Source: Paraphysomonas bandaiensis
Lineage: Eukaryota; Protista; Chrysophyceae
Direction of reading: 5' to 3'
DNA: 64,000 nt
Assembly: GCA_965644295.1 (NCBI GenBank)
Contig: CBFFRP010000164.1
Location: forward strand, 62,001-126,000
Position numbers and translations under genes: made by a program. Position 1 is the first letter of the stretch. Every line of letters starts with the position of its first letter. The notes below the pieces were generated by a model. The model was not told the origin of the DNA. It saw only the letters and a program-made list of their open reading frames with translations, and did not search any database. Positions 59,701-64,000 of the stretch are shown here, in pieces.

Positions 59701-62700
59701 GCGGCGTGGGCTTGATCTTTTCTTGTCTTTTCAATGGCATCTGCACTAAGAAACACATGGTATATTTTCGGGTCATCAAAGTTATATGTTCCTGCTACTT
59801 TCCAGAACAAAGTTGTGTTATCGATAGGCTTCGACAAAACATCGCCCTCACAATCATAAAGTACAATATAATCCACCCATTTCGGATCATCCAATGAAAA
59901 TGTAGTGGTGATTGTGTCCACGATATCGTGCCACAGGCAGTTTGGAGCAACCATTAAATCACCTTCCGTAGAGACCCCTGTTTCAGGGTTCCGCACGCAC
60001 ACCTTGAATTGTCGAGCGGATTTTCGAAACTCCTCTTCAGCTTTTGCTTTACTTGCAGCATTTATTTTTTCCTCGTTCAGCTTGACCACAAACACCATCG
60101 ATTCCTCAATGCGATACATCGGGAGTACACCCCAAAATTTATCCGCAGTGTCGAGGGCAGGACTCAGTTGGTCACCGTCCACATCATACAACACAATGTG
60201 ATCGATCCACTCAGGCTCAACCTCTCTCTTACTGAGTGATTCGGCGATAGATTGTGCTATATGCTCCCAAGATCCACCCGAGTGAATAAGTGTTTCGTCG
60301 GGCTTGTCCTCTACAGAAAGGGATACATGAATCAGCGACATGGACTGCTTCAATGCCATTTCCGCTCTCTTCTTAACGACAATAGTACGGTAGGAGTGAT
60401 TCACATGGACTTCAAACAATGAACCATTAGATATATCAAGGTTAGTGGCAAATTTCCAAAACATTTTTGATGTGCTGATGGGAACACTTAAGTCAAGACC
60501 ATTTGAGTCCACGAGCTTTAAGTGGTCCACAAACTCTTCTTCTATACTTCCAGCAGATGAGATGGCCGCTAGAATCTCTGACCATCCGCAGTGAAGACTA
60601 ACACTGATTTCAAAAGGATCGCATGCCGTGTCTGTATTATCACAAATTCTACAGTGGAAGGTACGTTTCGATGCGAGCTCAGCTGCTAACCTCTCCTCCT
60701 CTCGCGCTTTCTCCACTTGTTGCTGTTTTACTCTCTCCGCTATTACGCGTGCCATCATGGCTTCGTCTTCATGCACAACAAAAGACGATGTGCCACCATG
60801 TTTCTTGTAAAATCGCCAGAACTTCTCTGCTGTCATAATGGCGGGGCTGAGCACATCACCGTCCTCACTATCCACAAGAACCATATGAGACACCCATTCT
60901 GCAGAGTCCAGCACGAGGGCATCGGCAGTGCGCTGGCATATATCATCCCAAGAACTATCGGGTAGTACATGCACTAACCCTTTCCTACTGGGATCTGCGT
61001 TCCAGCGAACAGTGAAGGGGCATGCATTGGCCATGAAAGCCTCCTCTTCAACAATACGATTGGCGTCTGGCTTCAAGTGAATATATATCGTCATATCGTC
61101 GTCGTCGCTAAGCTTATTTCCCAGCTTCCAGAACTTGGCAGCAGTATTTAGTGGGGGACTTAAGGGATCCCCTTCGCCATCTAGGAGAATGAAGTAGTCA
61201 ATCCACGATGCCTCAGACAGGCCCATGAAGGATGCAACACCGGAGGTGAGGTCCTCCCAGTTGCAGTCATGAGGAACATATATATCGGTAGCTTGGCCAT
61301 TTCGGTTGGTCGCCATACATACCTTGAAATGCTTCGCTGACGCGCGAAAAGCAGCATCTGCAAGCTCTTCTTCGTATTTCCTTATCAGCCGTTGCTCCAA
61401 GAACACGTAGAAAGTCATTCCTGCTTCGGGGTCATATGTGTTCATGACCTTCCAAAATATGAGATCCCCATCAATAGGGGGAGAGAGATCGTCTCCATCA
61501 GAGTCCACAAGCACCAAACGAGAGATCCATTCCTCACGCTTCACGCATTCAGGGACTGCCAATGCGATGTGATGTCTGATGTCTCCCCAGGAGGCACCCC
61601 GCGGGATCAATGCGAATTCCTTTGATGACGAATAGGGCATATCCTCGGGCGCCTGCACCTGTACGCAAACCTTTTGGCATGTCGCCAAAAAGGCTTCTCT
61701 CTCCCTGCATTTCTTATCTTCCTGGATACGCTCATGGTCTAAAGAGAACACAAACACGTCCCCATTGTGAGTAGAAGCTGACCGACCAAATCGCCAGAAC
61801 TTTTCAGCAGTGTTGAGTGGAGGACTTATCTCATCGCCATCAGCGTCCTCCACTATGATATGTTTAATCCACTGCGGTTCCACATTAACAAATTCTTCTG
61901 CAATTGCAGTACTTATTTCCTCCCACGTGCAGCTGCGGGGAATATACACGTGCCGCTCCTCCCCATTGTCTGCGCTTCGTACAAAAAGTCGGAGAGCGAG
62001 AGCGCGGAATTCTTCTAAGGCCTTTGCCTTGGCATGCTTTTCTTCCTCCACTACATCTACCACTACGCTAAAAGCCATACCTTCCTCGTAGTTGGCCCAT
62101 ATCTTAAAGAACTTGCTAGCATTGGTAATATGAGGACTTAATACATCGCCTGCTGAGTCAATAAGGACCAGGGTCTTCACAGATGTGTGTGCAAACAACT
62201 TTAAACGCTTCGCAATAGCCTCTGTGAGAACATCCCAACTGGCGTTGGCAGGAACCCACACATCCAGATGTTGGAAGGTGGTGTCATTAGACATAACAAT
62301 AGAAAATATTAAGTGGCCGGGTGGAATATCAAAGCCGTTACTCTTCTGGACATTATCAACAACTGCATCAACGTCACCGACGTCGCCATTGGAGGCCTGA
62401 TTACCACAATAGACTGTGTCAGATAATGAGTGTATCGGCTCCTCAATATTAGAAGATGCATAATAACTATCCTCGCAGCCAACAGAGGGAACTAAATCAT
62501 TGCTATCAATGGAAGCTGGAGTGGCCGGCTTGACCACATGCGATCCCTCTGGGGGTCGATTTGAAAGATTCAATTCTTTCTGTAATGTATCACTTAATTC
62601 ATTTTCATCCTTTAAAGTGACTCTATCACGTGATTCTTTTTTTTCCATACTAACAGAAGGGCTCGTATTTTTATCAGGTCTCAGTGATGGTTTGAGTGGA

Positions 62701-62801
62701 CTGCTTTCTCGTGGTTTCCATGTCTGTTTTGATTTAGCGCCGATTTCTAACCTCGCTTGTTCAACAGCTTTACGAATTGCTTCACTTTTATCTTGAGGCA
62801 T
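56736..62801 (-). CDS. 2021-aa protein: nine tandem PB1-like domains followed by three ankyrin arrays
   Basis: Single ORF. Nine ~90-aa units share W-x2-I...L-x-D-x-D/E-G-D-x-L-S-P...K-F-W. About 20 canonical ankyrin repeats (TPLH.A...GH.E.V..L) follow from ~59100 to the stop. Confidence 0.85.
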   Translation of the reverse strand: MPQDKSEAIRKAVEQARLEIGAKSKQTWKPRESSPLKPSLRPDKNTSPSVSMEKKESRDRVTLKDENELSDTLQKELNLSNRPPEGSHVVKPATPASIDSNDLVPSVGCEDSYYASSNIEEPIHSLSDTVYCGNQASNGDVGDVDAVVDNVQKSNGFDIPPGHLIFSIVMSNDTTFQHLDVWVPANASWDVLTEAIAKRLKLFAHTSVKTLVLIDSAGDVLSPHITNASKFFKIWANYEEGMAFSVVVDVVEEEKHAKAKALEEFRALALRLFVRSADNGEERHVYIPRSCTWEEISTAIAEEFVNVEPQWIKHIIVEDADGDEISPPLNTAEKFWRFGRSASTHNGDVFVFSLDHERIQEDKKCREREAFLATCQKVCVQVQAPEDMPYSSSKEFALIPRGASWGDIRHHIALAVPECVKREEWISRLVLVDSDGDDLSPPIDGDLIFWKVMNTYDPEAGMTFYVFLEQRLIRKYEEELADAAFRASAKHFKVCMATNRNGQATDIYVPHDCNWEDLTSGVASFMGLSEASWIDYFILLDGEGDPLSPPLNTAAKFWKLGNKLSDDDDMTIYIHLKPDANRIVEEEAFMANACPFTVRWNADPSRKGLVHVLPDSSWDDICQRTADALVLDSAEWVSHMVLVDSEDGDVLSPAIMTAEKFWRFYKKHGGTSSFVVHEDEAMMARVIAERVKQQQVEKAREEERLAAELASKRTFHCRICDNTDTACDPFEISVSLHCGWSEILAAISSAGSIEEEFVDHLKLVDSNGLDLSVPISTSKMFWKFATNLDISNGSLFEVHVNHSYRTIVVKKRAEMALKQSMSLIHVSLSVEDKPDETLIHSGGSWEHIAQSIAESLSKREVEPEWIDHIVLYDVDGDQLSPALDTADKFWGVLPMYRIEESMVFVVKLNEEKINAASKAKAEEEFRKSARQFKVCVRNPETGVSTEGDLMVAPNCLWHDIVDTITTTFSLDDPKWVDYIVLYDCEGDVLSKPIDNTTLFWKVAGTYNFDDPKIYHVFLSADAIEKTRKDQAHAAFMAAAEHIPLLLANSSKTRATVHVLLNSSWDDICEAILEAFALEQPKSITRLILVDKELDELSPAVSCAEKFWKLYSSTFKNGFDMSFAVHTSNVPFVRGPPKFIPQELNTEPVSKDIVEQETLPSESEENAGSDEVKESTSLTSDSPEKSLPGDNTLPDRAYRPRGVPVAPELAAEFLKSCNTVEDVIHYVDELGVDPNVENENKSTAMHFVCMNGNVDVAKALYERGANPNHLNAAGVAPLDCACIAGHIDICTWLHSLKCIDFSLHFSESGDLATPPLHLAAVNGHVNIVMWLMRDEVDKEVKGQYDTTALMEAAHAGQMETLMALVVAGADINACDKNGVTGFHLACAEGHLSVVQYLFSKGSSVNHADKNGKTAFMYACCGGHLEVAQWLVSAGANYHVTGGSYDKLNTPVHLAAQNGNVDLVQWLVEDLHLDPCALNEKGASPSDFSRAAGKPAVEHYLSKFGSTGNELGVNVECLEEALSSNNFSDAKRILERMINSYSDSVQLPYGTTPLHYVAASGHIELAQFLVMGGARVNAESDVKRTPLHYAAFKGRIEMCKYLFGVGANPNARDEYGYTGLSIASKNGDHELVSWFSSVARETTYTESSPVRQESSGSLFFGCIGQSTPVENFTEFRSDYDVKSPSREESGNSVASDFEKQSSSLNTTLHDACISGDLSRVKAIVEGGAQLNVVLGPDEPSALHCAVISGNISLVQYLLDKGAHLNAQNIRGSAAFDVDSDVHEAMTPLHIACDKKNESMIMFLIKKGADVNRKNKVGDTPLHIICLLGMHNVLQQIIDLPRSMVPNINLDVRSSHLLNLLHCAADAGSLETARILIDHDVGVNSFDDEKKTPIHYACGKGALDVVKLLVSKGAIVDLQDTSSRTPFLYACSSGNLDVVEFLVEQGARLDSETDKGNNALHIACKSGSLHLVKWLVSNGVDTLKQNSNGHLPAYYAQVNGHVEIVDWLEMKTGVKLSTQMEFES

Positions 62802-63406
62802 GATGATCCCTAGTATCTTCTATGGGATAAAGTGCTTTACATATACCTTCAGCTGATTGAGGATGAAGTGAGTATTATCTTTTCTTTAGAGTTGCATATT
62901 TACCACGAGATTTGCATTCAGGTACGAAGTACCCAGCCACAAAAAAATTGAAATTTAGATTGAAATTTTCACTCTTTTTTTACAATCCACATCGTCTGTT
63001 GACGATGACGTTAGTAGGGTAAAAAAGTAGGGGGTTTTCTACATTTTCTACCCACTTTTTACCATAGTGTAGACAGTATATTGCCAAAAACAGCAGCCAT
63101 TTCCTACATTTTTTTACTCATTTTATTTTTTACCCTAGCCAAAAAAGAAAAGGGGGATACAACTGGCACATAAAAAGACTGATGGAGAGTACGAGGAGTA
63201 CAGCGATTTTTTATGGTATGTCATGTGTGATTACGGGGAGTGTTGTGGTTTGCTTGATATTTGGTGCAAAGAGTTATAAGCAATAACTAAATAAGCAATA
63301 AAGTCATTTAGAAGTGGTAAGCTTTGCTCTTCTATTTGCCCTAATTAGTCATTTCAAATCGAACTACTCAGTAAAACAGAACCTGTTTATTTTGTTAAGA
63401 GACAGT

Positions 63407-63765
63407 ATGGCATCTTATAGTGATTTGGATGGAGTCTTGCCTCCTGAGAAGCCCAAAATGAAAGTTTCGTGGGAAACGATGAAGGAAAATCACGTTCCTC
63501 TCCACCTCCGCGACTTTTGCGCCCATGATTTGATCCCATTAAATGAGTATGCAATTCTTACAGGTTGTTTTATGTCTAATTCTCCTGATATAGATGTCGA
63601 CGGAAAGAAGGACCATGGCCCTGGACTTGCCATCACGAGAAACATGCATATGAAGTGTGCCAGTACGAACAATACATGTACAGGAAAGCACTCAAAGAAT
63701 ATCTTGTAAAATCTGGACAGTGGAACAAAGGTCGTTTTCCTGATCCGGCGCCTGTATCAAAGTAG
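63407..63765 (+). CDS. NDUFB7: NADH dehydrogenase 1 beta subcomplex subunit 7 (B18)
   Basis: MKVSWETMKENHVPLHLRDFCAHDLIPLNE|CRR..WTCHHEKHAYEVCQY, a twin Cx9C pattern. Intron 63547-63593. Confidence 0.92.
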
Positions 63766-64000
63766 TTTGCCCACGGCAGTATTGGCTTGCTCATATTTAT
63801 TGTTTTCCTGTCGTTCTCGATAACTGTGTCCTCATTGTAGCTAATGACAATAAAAAATCGTATTATTAATCTAATTTGGATGCCATATAAATTTGGTTGT
63901 GGGTCTCTTCCGTTTTGGAAGAGAGAACGTTAGTGTACACCAGACGAATCCACTCTCCTAAGTATCATACTGCTACTTAACTTAATCTGCTGATATGTAT

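Noticed and set aside
63015-63137. tagggtaaaaaa..ttttttacccta inverted repeat upstream of NDUFB7
   Set aside because: A 12-bp low-complexity match; it may be an old MITE but cannot be supported.

Overview
Eukaryotic nuclear DNA with short (~43-50 nt) GT-AG introns, most consistent with a flagellated stramenopile-type protist (inferred from gene and transposon families, not proven). Conserved genes: DRC11/IQCA1, a BART-domain protein, BBS2, RPL7, mitochondrial uL1, a GT34-like glycosyltransferase, NUP54, a 7TM-TKL kinase, a CAMK-like kinase, a spinster-type MFS transporter and NDUFB7. Between them lie transposon-rich tracts: hAT MITEs and transposase relics, a deleted Crypton, a piggyBac relic, a Tc1/mariner mini-MITE, a TGT..ACA MITE and a structured dispersed repeat. 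Most notable: (1) a ~6.2-kb segment (23592-29823) that splits a hAT MITE, is bounded by direct copies of a 36-bp dyad site (GGTATACC-N7-GGTATACC) with six more internal copies, and carries an intact flavohemoglobin with a mitochondrial-type presequence plus other cargo, next to a Crypton tyrosine-recombinase relic; (2) a coiled-coil protein ending in a Z-alpha-like domain; (3) a 2021-aa single-ORF protein with nine tandem PB1-like domains plus ankyrin arrays; (4) a head-to-head pair of intronless SPFH genes; (5) a tandemly duplicated PD-(D/E)XK nuclease whose second copy has an in-frame internal duplication. All calls were made by eye, without database searches.
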